56,842 nucleotides of DNA. It comes from Macrostomum lignano. Lineage: Eukaryota. Positions 1 to 13,385 of this stretch are shown in pieces. The notes under the pieces were generated by a model. The model did no database searches, had not been told where the DNA came from, and saw only the letters and a list, made by a program, of their open reading frames with translations. Made by a program: the position numbers and the translations under genes. The stretch spans positions 1-56,842 of the forward strand of contig NIVC01002984.1 of the NCBI GenBank assembly GCA_002269645.1. Reading direction: 5' to 3'. The stretch's first letter is position 1, and each line of letters begins with the position of its first letter.

Positions 1-3000
1 TCATGTAAACAATCATCAAGCGTCATTTAAACAATCATAGAAGCGTCATGTAAACAATCATAGAAGTCTGTAAACAATCATAGAAGCGTCATGTAAAAAA
101 ATCATAGAAGCGTCTGCAAACAATCATAGAAGCGTCATGTAAAAATCATAGAAGCGTCTATCTTAAAATCATAGAATCGTCCTGCGCAAATCGGTAGAAG
201 CGTCATGTAAAAAATCATCAAAAGCGTCATGTAAAAAAATCATAAAGACGTCATGTAAAATCATAGTAGCGTCATGTTAAAAAATCATAGTAGGTCATGT
301 AAACAATCATTTAGTAGCGTCATTGTAAAAAATCATAGAAGCGTCATGTAAACAATCATTAGAAGCGTCATGTAAACAATCATAGAAGCGCATGTAAAAT
401 CATAGAAGCGTCATGTAAAAATCTAGAAGCGTCATGTTAAAAATCATAGAGTCTATGCCAAAAATCATAGAAGCGTCATGTAAACAATCATAGAAGCGTC
501 ATGTAAAATCATAAAGCGTCATGATAAAAATCATAGAAGCGTCATGTTAAACAATCATAGAAGCATCATGTAAAAATCATAAGCGTCATGTAAACAATCA
601 TAGAGCGTCATGTAAACAATCTAGAATCGTCATGTAAACAATCTAGAAGCGTCATGTAAACAATCATAGAAGCGCATGTAAACAATCTAGAAGCGTCATG
701 TAAACAATCATAGAAGCGTCATGTAAACAATCATAGAAGCGCCATGTAAAAATCATAAAAGCGTCATGTAAAAATCATAGAAGCGTCATGTAAAACATAG
801 AATCGTCCTGCAAAATCGTAGAAGCGTCATGTAAAAAATCTTGAAGCGTCATGTAAACAATCATAGAAGCGTCATGAAACAATCATAGAAGCGTCATGTA
901 AACAATCCTAGAAGCGTCATGTAAACAATCCTAGAAGCGTCATGTAAACAATCATAGAAGCGTCATGTAAACAATCCTAGAAGCGTCATGTAAACATCTA
1001 GAAGCGTCATGTAAACAATCATAGAAGGCGCCATGTAAAAATCATAAAAGCGTCATGTAAACAATCATTCAAGCGTCATGTAAACAATCATAGAAGCGTC
1101 ATGTAAACAAGCATAGAAGAATGTAAACAATCATAGAAGCGTCATGTAAAAATCATAGAAGCGTCATGAAAACAATCATAGAAGCGTCATGTAGACAATC
1201 ATAGAAGCGTCATGTAAAAATCATAGAAGCGTCATGTAAAAATCATAGAAGCGTCATGTAAACAATCATAGAAGCGTCATGTAAAAATCATAGAAGCGTC
1301 ATGTAAACAATCATAGAAGCGTCATGTAAACAATCTAGAACGTCATGTAAACAATCCTAGAAGCGTCATGTAAACAATCATAGAAGCGCCATGTAAACAA
1401 TCCTAGAAGCGTCATGTAAACAATCATAGAAGCGTCATGTAAACAATCATAGAAGCGCCATGTAAAAATCATAAAAGCGTCATGTAAAAATCATAGAAGC
1501 GTCATGTAAAGACATAGAATCGTCCTGCCAAAATCGTAGAAGCGTCATGTAAAAAATCCTTGAAGCGTCATGTAAACAATCATAGAAGCGTCATGAAACA
1601 ATCATAGAAGCGTCATGTAAACAATCCTAGAAGCTTCATGTAAACAATCCTAGAAGCGTCATGTAAACAATCATAGAAGCGTCATGTAAACAATCCTAGA
1701 AGCGTCATGTAAACAATCATAGAAGCGTCATGTAAACAATCATAGAAGAGTCATGTAAACAATCCTAGAAGCGTCATGTAAACAATCATAGAAGCGTCAT
1801 GTAAACAATCATAGAAGCGCCATGTAAAATCCTTGAAGCGTCATGTAAACAATCATTCAAGCGTCATGTAAACAATCATTCAAGCGTCATTTAAACAATC
1901 ATAGAAGCGTCATGTAAACAAGCATAGAAGAATGTAAACAATCATAGAAGCGTCATGTAAAAATCATAGAAGCGTCGTGAAACAATCATAGAAGCGTCAT
2001 GTAAAAATCATAGAAGCGTCATGTAAAATCATAGAATCGTCCTGAAAATCGTAGAAGCGTCATGTAAAAAATCATAAAGCGTCATGTAAAAAATCATAAA
2101 AGCGTCATGTAAAAATCATAGTAGCGTCATGTAAAAATCATAGTAGCGTCATGTAAAAATCATAGTAGCGTCATGTAAAAAATCATAGAAGCGTCATGTA
2201 AACAATCATAGAAGCGTCATGTAAACAATCATAGAAGCGCCATGTAAAAATCATAAAAGCGTCATGTAAAAATCATAGAAGCGTCATGTAAAATCATAGA
2301 ATCGTCCTGCCAAAATCGTAGAAGCGTCATGTAAACAATCATAGAAGCGTCATGTAAAAATCATAGAAGCGTCATGTAAAAATCATAGAAGCGTCATGTA
2401 AACAATCATAGAAGCGTCATGTAAAAATCATAGAAGCGTCATGTAAACAATCATAGAAGCGTCATGTAAACAATCTAGAATCGTCATGTAAACAATCTAG
2501 AAGCGTCATGTAAACAATCATAGAAGCGCCATGTAAACAATCTAGAAGCGTCATGTAAACAATCATAGAAGCGTCATGTAAACAATCATAGAAGCGCCAT
2601 GTAAAAATCATAAAAGCGTCATGTAAAAATCATAGAAGCGTCATGTAAAGACATAGAATCGTCTGCCAAAATCGTAGAAGCGTCATGTAAAAAATCATGA
2701 AGCGTCATGTAAACAATCATAGAAGCGTCATGAAACAATCATAGAAGCGTCATGTAAACAATCTAGAAGCGTCATGTAAACAATCTAGAAGCGTCATGTA
2801 AACAATCATAGAAGCGTCATGTAAACAATCATAGAAGCGTCATGTAAACAATCCTAGAAGCGTCATGTAAACAATCATAGAAGCGCCATGTAAAAATCAT
2901 AAAAGCGTCATGTAAACAATCATTCAAGCGTCATGTAAACAATCATTCAAGCGTCATTTAAACAATCATAGAAGCGTCATGTAAACAAGCATAGAAGAAT

Positions 3001-6000
3001 GTAAACAATCATAGAAGCGTCATGTAAAAATCATAGAAGCGTCGTGAAACAATCATAGAAGCGTCATGTAAACAATCATAGAAGCGTCATGTAAAAATCA
3101 TAGAAGCGTCATGTAAAAATCATAGAAGCGTCATGTAAACAATCATAGAAGCGTCATGTAAAAATCATAGAAGCGTCATGTAAACAATCATAGAAGCGTC
3201 ATGTAAACAATCCTAGAATCGTCATGTAAACAATCATAGAAGCGTCATGTAAACAATCATAGAAGCGCCATGTAAACAATCCTAGAAGCGTCATGTAAAC
3301 AATCATAGAAGCGTCATGTAAACAATCATAGAAGCGCCATGTAAAAATCATAAAAGCGTCATGTAAAAATCATAGAAGCGTCATGTAAAGACATAGAATC
3401 GTCCTGCAAAATCGTAGAAGCGTCATGTAAAAAATCCTTGAAGCGTCATGTAAACAATCATAGAAGCGTCATGAAACAATCATAGAAGCGTCATGTAAAC
3501 AATCTAGAAGCTTCATGTAAACAATCTAGAAGCGTCATGTAAACAATCATAGAAGCGTCATGTAAACAATCCTAGAAGCGTCATGTAAACAATCATAGAA
3601 GCGTCATGTAAACAATCATAGAAGCGCCATGTAAAAATCCTTGAAGCGTCATGTAAACAATCATTCAAGCGTCATGTAAACAATCATTAGAGCGTCATTT
3701 AAACAATCATAGAAGCGTCATGTAAACAAGCATAGAAGAATGTAAACAATCATAGAAGCGTCATGTAAAAATCATAGAAGCGTCGTGAAACAATCATAGA
3801 AGCGTCATGTAAAAAATCATAGAAGCGTCATGTAAAATCATAGAATCGTCCTGCCAAAATCGTAGAAGCGTCATGTAAAAAATCATCAAAGCGTCATGTA
3901 AAAAAATCATAAAAGCGTCATGTAAAAATCATAGTAGCGTCATGTAAAAATCATAGTAGCGTCATGTAAAAATCATAGTAGCGTCAAGTAAAAAATCATA
4001 GAAGCGTCATGTAAACAATCATAGAAGCGTCATGTAAACAATCATAGAAGCGCCATGTAAAAATCATAAAAGCGTCATGTAAAAATCATAGAAGCGTCAT
4101 GTAAAATCATAGAATCGTCCTGCCAAAATCGTAGAAGCGTCATGTAAACAATCATAGAAGCGTCATGTAAAAATCATAGAAGCGTCATGTAAAAATCATA
4201 GAAGCGTCATGTAAACAATCATAGAAGCGTCATGTAAAAATCATAGAAGCGTCATGTAAACAATCATAGAAGCGTCATGTAAACAATCCTAGAATCGTCA
4301 TGTAAACAATCCTAGAAGCGTCATGTAAACAATCATAGAAGCGCCATGTAAACAATCCTAGAAGCGTCATGTAAACAATCATAGAAGCGTCATGTAAACA
4401 ATCATAGAAGCGCCATGTAAAAATCATAAAAGCGTCATGTAAAAATCATAGAAGCGTCATGTAAAGACATAGAATCGTCCTGCAAAATCGTAGAAGCGTC
4501 ATGTAAAAAATCCTTGAAGCGTCATGTAAACAATCATAGAAGCGTCATGAAACAATCATAGAAGCGTCATGTAAACAATCCTAGAAGCGTCATGTAAACA
4601 ATCCTAGAAGCGTCATGTAAACAATCATAGAAGCGTCATGTAAACAATCATAGAAGCGTCATGTAAACAATCCTAGAAGCGTCATGTAAACAATCATAGA
4701 AGCGCCATGTAAAAATCATAAAAGCGTCATGTAAACAATCATTCAAGCGTCATGTAAACAATCATTCAAGCGTCATTTAAACAATCATAGAAGCGTCATG
4801 TAAACAAGCATAGAAGAATGTAAACAATCATAGAAGCGTCATGTAAAAATCATAGAAGCGTCGTGAAACAATCATAGAAGCGTCATGTAAAAAATCATAG
4901 AAGCGTCATGTAAAATCATAGAATCGTCCTGCCAAAATCGTAGAAGCGTCATGTAAAAAATCATCAAAGCGTCATGTAAAAAATCATAAAAGCGTCATGT
5001 AAAAATCATAGTAGCGTCATGTAAAAATCATAGTAGCGTCATGTAAAAATCATAGTAGCGTCATGTAAAAAATCATAGAAGCGTCATGTAAAAATCGTAG
5101 AAGCGTCATGTAAAAATCATAGAAGCGTTATGTAAAAATGATAGATGCGTCATGTAAACAATCATAGAAGCGTCATGTAAACAATCATAGAAGCGTCATG
5201 TAAAAAATCATAGTAGCGTCATGTAAAAATCATAGTAGCGTCATGTAAAAAATCATAGAAGCGTCATGTAAAAATCGTAGAAGCGTCATGTAAAAATCAT
5301 AGAAGCGTTATGTAAAAATGATAGATGCGTCATGTAAAAAATCATCAAAGCGTCATGTAAAAAATCATAGAAGCGTCATGTAAAAATCATAGAAGCGTCA
5401 TGTAAAAAATCATAGAAGCGTCATGTAAACAATCATAGAAGCGTCATGTAAAAAATCGTAGAAGCGTCATTTAAAAATCATAGAAAGAGTTATTTAAAAA
5501 AATCATAGAAGCGTCATGTAAACAATCATAGAAGCGTCATGTAAAAACCATAGAAGCGTCATGTAAAAATCATAGAAGCGTCATGAAACAATCATAGAAG
5601 CGTCATGTAAACAATCATAGAAGCGTCATATTAACAATCATAGAAGCGTCATGTAAAAATCATAGAAGCGTTATGTAATCAATCATAGAAGCGTCGTGTA
5701 AAAATCATAGAAGCGTCATGTAAAAAATCATAGAAGCGTCATGTAAAAATCATAGAAGCGTCATGTAAAAATCATAGAAGCGTCATGTAAACAATCATAG
5801 AAGCGTCATGTAAAAATCATAGAAGCGTCATGTAAACAATCATAGAAGCGTCATGAAACAATCATAGAAGCGTCATGTAAAAATCATAGAAGCGTCATGT
5901 AAAAATCATAGAAGCGTAATGTAAAAAATCATAGAAGCGTCATGTAAAAATCATAGAAGCGTCATGTAAAATCATAGAATCGTCCTGCCAAAATCGTAGA

Positions 6001-8100
6001 AGCGTCATGTAAAAAATCCTTGAAGCGTCATGTAAAAAATCATAGAAGCGTCATGTAAACAATCATAGAAGCGTCATGTAAACAATCCTAGAATCGTCAT
6101 GTAAACAATCCTAGAAGCGTCATGTAAACAATCATAGAAGCGCCATGTAAACAATCCTAGAAGCGTCATGTAAACAATCATAGAAGCGTCATGTAAACAA
6201 TCATAGAAGCGGCATGTAAAAATCATAAAAGCGTCATGTAAAAATCATAGAAGCGTCATGTAAAATCATAGAATCGTCCTGCCAAAATCGTAGAAGCGTC
6301 ATGTAAACAATCATAGAAGCGTCATGTAAAAATCATAGAAGCGTCATGTAAAAATCATAGAAGCGTCATGTAAAAATCATAGAAGCGTCATGTAAACAAT
6401 CATAGAAGCGTCATGTAAAAATCATAGAAGCGTCATGTAAACAATCATAGAAGCGTCATGTAAACAATCCTAGAATCGTCATGTAAACAATCATAGAAGC
6501 GTCATGTAAACAATCATAGAAGCGCCATGTAAACAATCCTAGAAGCGTCATGTAAACAATCATAGAAGCGTCATGTAAACAATCATAGAAGCGCCATGTA
6601 AAAATCATAAAAGCGTCATGTAAAAATCATAGAAGCGTCATGTAAAGACATAGAATCGTCCTGCCAAAATCGTAGAAGCGTCATGTAAAAAATCCTTGAA
6701 GCGTCATGTAAACAATCATAGAAGCGTCATGAAACAATCATAGAAGCGTCATGTAAACAATCCTAGAAGCGTCATGTAAACAATCCTAGAAGCGTCATGT
6801 AAACAATCATAGAAGCGTCATGTAAACAATCCTAGAAGCGTCATGTAAACAATCATAGAAGCGTCACGTAAACAATCATAGAAGCGCCATGTAAAAATCA
6901 TAAAAGCGTCATGTAAACAATCATTCAAGCGTCATGTAAACAATCATTCAAGCGTCATTTAAACAATCATAGAAGCGTCATGTAAACAAGCATAGAAGAA
7001 TGTAAACAATCATAGAAGCGTCATGTAAAAATCATAGAAGCGTCGTGAAACAATCATAGAAGCGTCATGTAAAAAATCATAGAAGCGTCATGTAAAATCA
7101 TAGAATCGTCTGCCAAAATCGTAGAAGCGTCATGTAAAAAATCATCAAAGCGTCATGTAAAAAATCATAAAAGCGTCATGTAAAAATCATAGTAGCGTCA
7201 TGTAAAAATCATAGTAGCGTCATGTAAAAATCATAGTAGCGTCATGTAAAAAATCATAGAAGCGTCATGTAAAAATCATAGAAGCGTCATGTAAACAATC
7301 ATAGAAGCGTCATGTAAAAATCATAGAAGCGTCATGTAAAAATCATAGAAGCGTCATGAAACAATCATAGAAGCGTCATGTAAACAATCATAGAAGCGTC
7401 ATATAAACAATCATAGAAGCGTCATGTAAAAATCATAGAAGCGTCATGTAAACAATCATAGAAGCGTCGTGTAAAAATCATAGAAGCGTCATGTAAAAAA
7501 TCATAGAAGCGTCATGTAAAAATCATAGAAGCGTTATGTAAAAATCATAGAAGCGTCATGTAAACAATCATAGAAGCGTCATGTAAAAATCATAGAAGCG
7601 TCATGTAAACAATCATAGAAGCGTCATGAAACAATCATAGAAGCGTCATGTAAAAATCATAGAAGCGTCATGTAAAAATCATAGAAGCGTAATGTAAAAA
7701 ATCATAGAAGCGTCATGTAAAAATCATAGAAGCGTCATGTAAAATCATAGAATCGTCCTGCCAAAATCGTAGAAGCGTCATGTAAAAAATCGTAGAAGCG
7801 TCATTTAAAAATCATAGAAAGAGTTATTTAAAAAAATCATAGAAGCGTCATGTAAACAATCAGAGAAGCGTCATGTAAACAATCATAGAAGCGTCATGTA
7901 AAAAATCATAGAAGCGTCATGTAAAAATTATAGAAGCGTCAAGAAAAAATCATAGAAGCGTCATGTAAAAAATCATAGAAGCGTCATGTTAAAATCATAG
8001 AAGCGTCATGAAAAAATCATTGAAGCCTCATTTAAAAACTAAGGAAAGTGTCATTTAAAAAATTAAGAAGCATCATGGTAGAATAAAAGAAGCGTCATGT
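1..8100 (+). repeat. 22-23 bp minisatellite array (consensus ATAGAAGCGTCATGTAAA[C]AATC), ~350 monomers, with higher-order repeats; runs off the left edge
   Basis: Monomer is directly visible throughout. Diagnostic variants (GCATAGAAGAATGT; AATCGTCCTGCCAAAATCG) recur at kb scale. The array decays from ~7900. Confidence 0.98.
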
Positions 8101-9170
8101 CAGACATGAAGGGTGTCATGTAAAAATTAAATGTAGCTATAATGCTGTGCTGGGGAGAAAAACTGAGACGCAAAGGCTCTCAGAGAATAACTGAGATTAC
8201 GGGGGGGGGGTTGCTGAGATGTCAAAGCAAAAGTCAGAAGCTACTTCAAAGTTCATGTACTTTACTCAATTTTTTTATTACATTCTTTGTTGGCTCGCCA
8301 CGGGGGGGGGTCGCTGATAGAAGAAGAGTCATGTAAAAAATAAAAGTAGCACTATGTAATACATAAAAGAAAAGTCATGTCGAAGTTAAAAGATTCATTT
8401 GGGAATTGCTATGATGTCAAAGCTTGGAGGGAGAAGAATTGCTGAGATTCAAGGCTTTAGGTTGGGTTAAAGTTAGGTTTAGGTCAGGTGTGGGTTGAGG
8501 GTTATATTTTATCTGGTTTCAAGGTTAACGGGGGATTTTTCAGATTTCAAGGTTTATGGAGGCCATCGCTGACATGTCAAGGCTTACGGGGGGAATAGCT
8601 GAGATGTCAAGGCTCACGGGGGTATAAATGAGATTTCAAAGCTAAAGTCAGAAGCTACATGTAAACAATCATGTAAAGTTTATTGAAAACTTTTTATTAC
8701 ATTATTTGATGCCTCCTCAGGGGAGGGATTGCTGATAAAAAAAGCGTAATGTAAAAAATAAAAGAAGCTTCATGTCGAAGTTAAGAGATTCATTTGGGAA
8801 TCCCTACGATGTCGAGGCTTGCAGGAAATCGCTATAATGCTGTAGCAGTGCTATAATGACTCTTAGAGAGAATTACTGAAATGTCAATGCTTTAGGGTTA
8901 GGTTAGGGTTAGGTTAGGGTTAGGGTTAGGGTTAGGGTTAGGGTTAGGGTTAGGGTTAGGCTAGGGTTAGGGTTAGAAGGTTGACAGATTTTTTAGATTT
9001 CCAAGGCTTATTGGGGGCATTGCTGAGATGTCAAGGGGGGAGTTGATATGTTAAAGCTTGTGGTGGGGAATTACTGACATGTCAAGGCTTACAAGGTTTG
9101 ACAGGAGATTTTTTAAGATTTCAAGGATACATGTAGCTTATTAAAAAAACGTGTAGCTATTGCATTTCTT
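8100..9170 (+). repeat. Degenerate ~27-30 bp G-rich tandem repeat (GGGGAATTGCTGAGATGTCAAGGCTTA-like), 3' part of Helitron-like element H0
   Basis: Recurrent GCTGAGAT(G/T)TCAAGGC motifs; the same family occupies ~18400-20050; internal duplication ~8225-8420 vs ~8635-8820. Confidence 0.7.
8892..8976 (+). repeat. Interstitial telomeric repeat (TTAGGG)n, ~14 units
   Basis: TTAGGG tandem run with a few TTAGG/CTAGGG variants, flanked on both sides by non-telomeric repeat. Confidence 0.95.
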
Positions 9171-9173
9171 TGG

Positions 9174-9201
9174 CTCCCCAACGGGGGGCGTAGATTGCTA
9201 G
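9174..9201 (+). mobile_element. Helitron-type 3' terminus of element H0 (5' end lies outside the window)
   Basis: CTCCCC-AAC-GGGGGG hairpin, short spacer, CTAG (9198-9201) followed by T; near-identical ends at 25467 and 28607. Confidence 0.78.
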
Positions 9202-9231
9202 TCTAATCTAATATACTAAAAATGGTCTGTT

Positions 9232-9262
9232 TGTGTGTGCGTGTGTGTGTGTGTGTGTGTGT
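9232..9262 (+). repeat. (GT)n microsatellite in the H1 head
   Basis: Visible TG run. Confidence 0.95.
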
Positions 9263-9761
9263 GATCGATTTTAGCAAAAACGGCTGGACCGATTTTCTTC
9301 GAACCTGCACTGTTCGATCAGAAATTATTCCGTGACGGTACATGCATCGTGGCTAAGAAATTGCTCAATGTTAAAGGGATTAAATATTCGAAAAACATGC
9401 TTTTTTGCAAAAGGTCAAGCAGCTCTTTCGACTTGAAATGCATTGTAAGAATGCTAGCAGAAAAACTGACTGGTTGAATTCTGATTCTGAAATAGATTGC
9501 ATCACAATACACTTTATTTATCGTCTGTGTACTGGCTGAATTTGACACTCAATTGAATTGCGTCACAGCTTTGAGTGTGAAAGCATAGCGCAGTACTGAA
9601 TTTATATTACGTAACCATATTGTAAACTTTCATAGACACTGGTACTGACTTGCCTAAGAAATTGATTATGTCATAACTGCTTCGTGAGACTTTTTACTCT
9701 ACCTGACTTGGTGTGAGTGTTGAATTATATAAGTGGTACAACATCACTGATAACTTCGATG

Positions 9762-9820
9762 AGAGCTAGCCTAGAGCTGAACAGACCAGACTGCTAATGC
9801 AGCGACCTAGGTTCGAATCT
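9762..9820 (+). ncRNA. tRNA-derived Pol III cassette (degenerate copy) in the H1 head
   Basis: A-box-like TAGCCTAG, loop CTGCTAA, B-box GGTTCGAATC; T-run at ~9849-9853. Confidence 0.5.
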
Positions 9821-9889
9821 AAGTAGTTTAAAAGTAGTAGTGTAAAAATTTTTATTAAAAGGTTTTATTAAAGGACTAAATAAAAACAC

Positions 9890-12800
9890 TTAGATTACTG
9901 CACTCGATAAGCCAAGGATTATTGCTATTAATAAACCAAGGACTACTGCACTCGATAAACCAAGGACTATTGCTCTTGGCAAACCAAGGATTACTGCACT
10001 CAAGAAGCCAAGGATTATTGCTATTAATAAACCAAGGATTACTGCACTTGGAAAACCAAGGATTACTGCACTCGATAAACCAAGGACTATTGCTCTTGGA
10101 AAACCAAGGATTACTGCACTCAAGAAGCCAAGGATTATTGCACTTGGAAAACCAAGGATTACTGCACTCAAGAAGCCAAGGATTATTGCACTTGGAAAAC
10201 CAAGGATTACTGCACTCGATAAACCAAGGACTATTGCACTTGATAAACCAAGGATTATTGCACTTGATAAACCAAGGATTATTGCACTTGATAAACCAAG
10301 GATTATTGCACTTGATAAACAAAGGATTATTGCACTTGATAAACCAAGGATTATTGCACTTGATAAACCAAGGATTATTGCACTTGATAAACCAAGGATT
10401 ATTGCACTTGATAAACAAAGGATTATTGCACTTGATAAACCAAGGATTATTGCACTTGATAAACCAAGGATTATTGCACTTGTTAAACCAAGGATTATTG
10501 CACTTGTTAAACCAAGGATTATTGCACTTGATAAACCAAGGATTATTGCACTTGATAAACCAAGGATTATTGCACTTGATAAGCCAAGGATTACAGCGCT
10601 TGATAAGCCATGGATTATTGCACTTGATAGTAAAGAATGTTGCACTGGATTATTCAAGGATTATTGCTATTAATAAACCAAGGATTACTGCACTTGGAAA
10701 ACTAAGGATTACTGCACTCGATAAACCAAGGATTATTGCTCTTGGCAAACCAAGGATTACTGCACTTGGAAAACTAAGGATTACTGCACTTGATAAACCA
10801 AGGATTATTGCACTTGATAAACCAAGGATTATTTCACTTGATAAACCAAGGATTATTGCACTTGATAAACAAATATTGCACTTGATAAACCAAGGATTAT
10901 TGCACTTGATAAACCAAGGATTATTGCACTTGATAAGCCAAAGATTACTGCGCTTGATAAACCAAGGATTATTGCACTTGATAAACAAATGATTATTGCA
11001 CTTGATAAACCAAGGATTATTGCACTTGATAAACCAAGGATTATTGCACTTGATAAGCCAAGGATTACAGCGCTTGATAAGCCATGGATTATTGCACTTG
11101 ATAGGCCAAGGATTACTGCACTTGATAAACAAAGGATTATTGCACTTGATAAACCAAGGATTATTGCACTTGATAAGCCAAGGATTACAGAGCTTGATAA
11201 GCCATGGATTATTGCACTTGATAGTAAAGAATGTTGCACTTGATAAGCCAGAGATTAATGCACTGGATTATTCAAGGATTATTGCTATTATTAAACCAAG
11301 GACTATTGCACTCGATAAACCAAGGATTATTGCTCTTAATAAACCAAGGATTACTGCACTTGGAAAACTAAGGATTACTGCACTCGATAAACCAAGGATT
11401 ATTGCTCTTGGCAAACCAAGGATTACTGCACTCGATAAGCCAAGGATTATTGCTCTTAATAAACCAAGGATTACTTCACTTGGAAAACTAAGGATTACTG
11501 CACTCGATAAACCAAGGATTATTGCTCTTGGCAAACCAAGGATTACTGCACTCGATAAGCCAAGGATTATTGCACTTGATAGGCCAAGGATTACTGCGCT
11601 TGATAAACCAAGGATTACAGAGCTTGATAAGCCATGGATTATTGCACTTGATAGTAAAGAATGTTGCACTTGATAAGCCAGAGATTAATGCACTGGATTA
11701 TTCAAGGATTATTGCTATTAATAAACCAAGGACTACTGCACTCGATAAACCAAGGATTATTGCTCTTAATAAACCAAGGATTACTGCACTTGGAAAACCA
11801 AGGATTACTGCACTCGATAAACCAAGGATTATTGCTCTTGGCAAACCAAGGATTACTGCACTCGATAAGCCAAGGATTATTGCTCTTAATAAACCAAGGA
11901 TTACTGCACTTGGAAAACTAAGGATTACTGCACTCGATAAACCAAGGATTATTGCTCTTGGCAAACCAAGGATTACTGCACTCGATAAGCCAAGGATTAT
12001 TGCACTTGATAGGCCAAGGATTACTGCGCTTGATAAACCAAGGATTACAGAGCTTGATAAGCCATGGATTATTGCACTTGATAGTAAAGAATGTTGCACT
12101 TGATAAGCCAGAGATTAATGCACTGGATTATTCAAGGATTATTGCTCTTAATAAACCAAGGATTACTGCACTTGGAAAACTAAGGATTACTGCACTCGAT
12201 AAACCAAGGATTATTGCTCTTGGCAAACCAAGGATTACTGCACTCGATAAGCCAAGGATTATTGCTCTTAATAAACCAAGGATTACTGCACTTGGAAAAC
12301 TAAGGATTACTGCACTCGATAAACCAAGGATTATTGCTCTTGGCAAACCAAGGATTACTGCACTCGATAAGCCAAGGATTATTGCACTTGATAGGCCAAG
12401 GATTACTGCGCTTGATAAACCAAGGATTATTGCAGTTGATAAGCCAATGATTATTGCACTTGATAAACCAAGGATTATTGCAGTTGATAAGCCAATGATT
12501 ATTGCACTTGATAAACCAAGGATTATTTCACTTGATAAACCAAGGATTATTGCACTTGATAAACAAATATTGCACTTGATAAACCAAGGATTATTGCACT
12601 TGATAAGCCAAGGATTACTGCGCTAGATAAACCAAGGATTATTGCACTTGATAAACCAAGGATTATTGCACTTAATAAACCAAGGATTATTGCACTTGAT
12701 AAACAAAGGATTATTGCACTTGATAAACCAAGGATTATTGCACTTGATAAACAAAGGATTATTGCACTTGATAAACCAAGGATTATCGCACTTTATAAGC

Positions 12801-12912
12801 CAAAGATTACTGCACTTGATAAACCAAGGATTATTGCACTTGATAAACCAAGGATTATTGCACTTGATTAATCAAGGATTATTGCTATTAATAAACCAAG
12901 GATTATTGCACT
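9890..12912 (+). repeat. 24-bp minisatellite (ATAAACCAAGGATTATTGCACTTG), ~125 monomers, 430-bp higher-order repeat
   Basis: Unit visible and gives 8-aa periodic ORFs (LLHLINQG). Marker GATAGTAAAGAATGTTGCAC at ~11220, 11650, 12080. Confidence 0.98.
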
Positions 12913-13029
12913 AGCTGAGAAGCTGATTACTGCGCTGTCTAAAAAAGAGATTATTGCGCTCGCTGAGACGTGGATTGTTGCACAACCTGAGAAAGCGATT
13001 ATTGCATTAGCGGAAGTAACATTTGCACT

Positions 13030-13385
13030 AGCTACTTGCTATCTCGTGGATGCTTGCTCTCGAGGGGGGATACTTGCTATTTGGGAGAGGGGGTGCTGGC
13101 TACATGCATGGGATTCTTTCAATCCAGGGATGCTTGCTATTTAGGGATTCTTGCTATCTGCAGGATGCTTGCTATCTGGGTGGATGCTTCTATAATATCT
13201 GGGGGATGCTTGCTATCTGGGTGGATGCTTCTATAATATCTGGGAGGGGTGCTTGCTAATCTGCAGATGCTTGCTATCTGTGGTGATTCTTGCTATGAGC
13301 ATTAGAGGATGCTTGCTATCTGCGATTGTTCACTTTTGGAGGGGGTTGCTTGCTGTCTTGGGAATATTTTCTATTTAGGGAAACG
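13030..13385 (+). repeat. Degenerate copy of the 18-bp GGGGGATGCTTGCTATCT repeat
   Basis: Repeated GATGCTTGCTATCT cores at the same relative position as in H3/H4. Confidence 0.85.

Noticed and set aside
8892-8976. True chromosome end
   Set aside because: Only 85 bp long and followed by 48 kb of non-telomeric sequence.
9876-12914. Long ORFs (up to 356 aa) in the 24-bp array
   Set aside because: Products of a stop-poor 24-bp monomer, open in several frames on both strands; higher-order blocks break frame.
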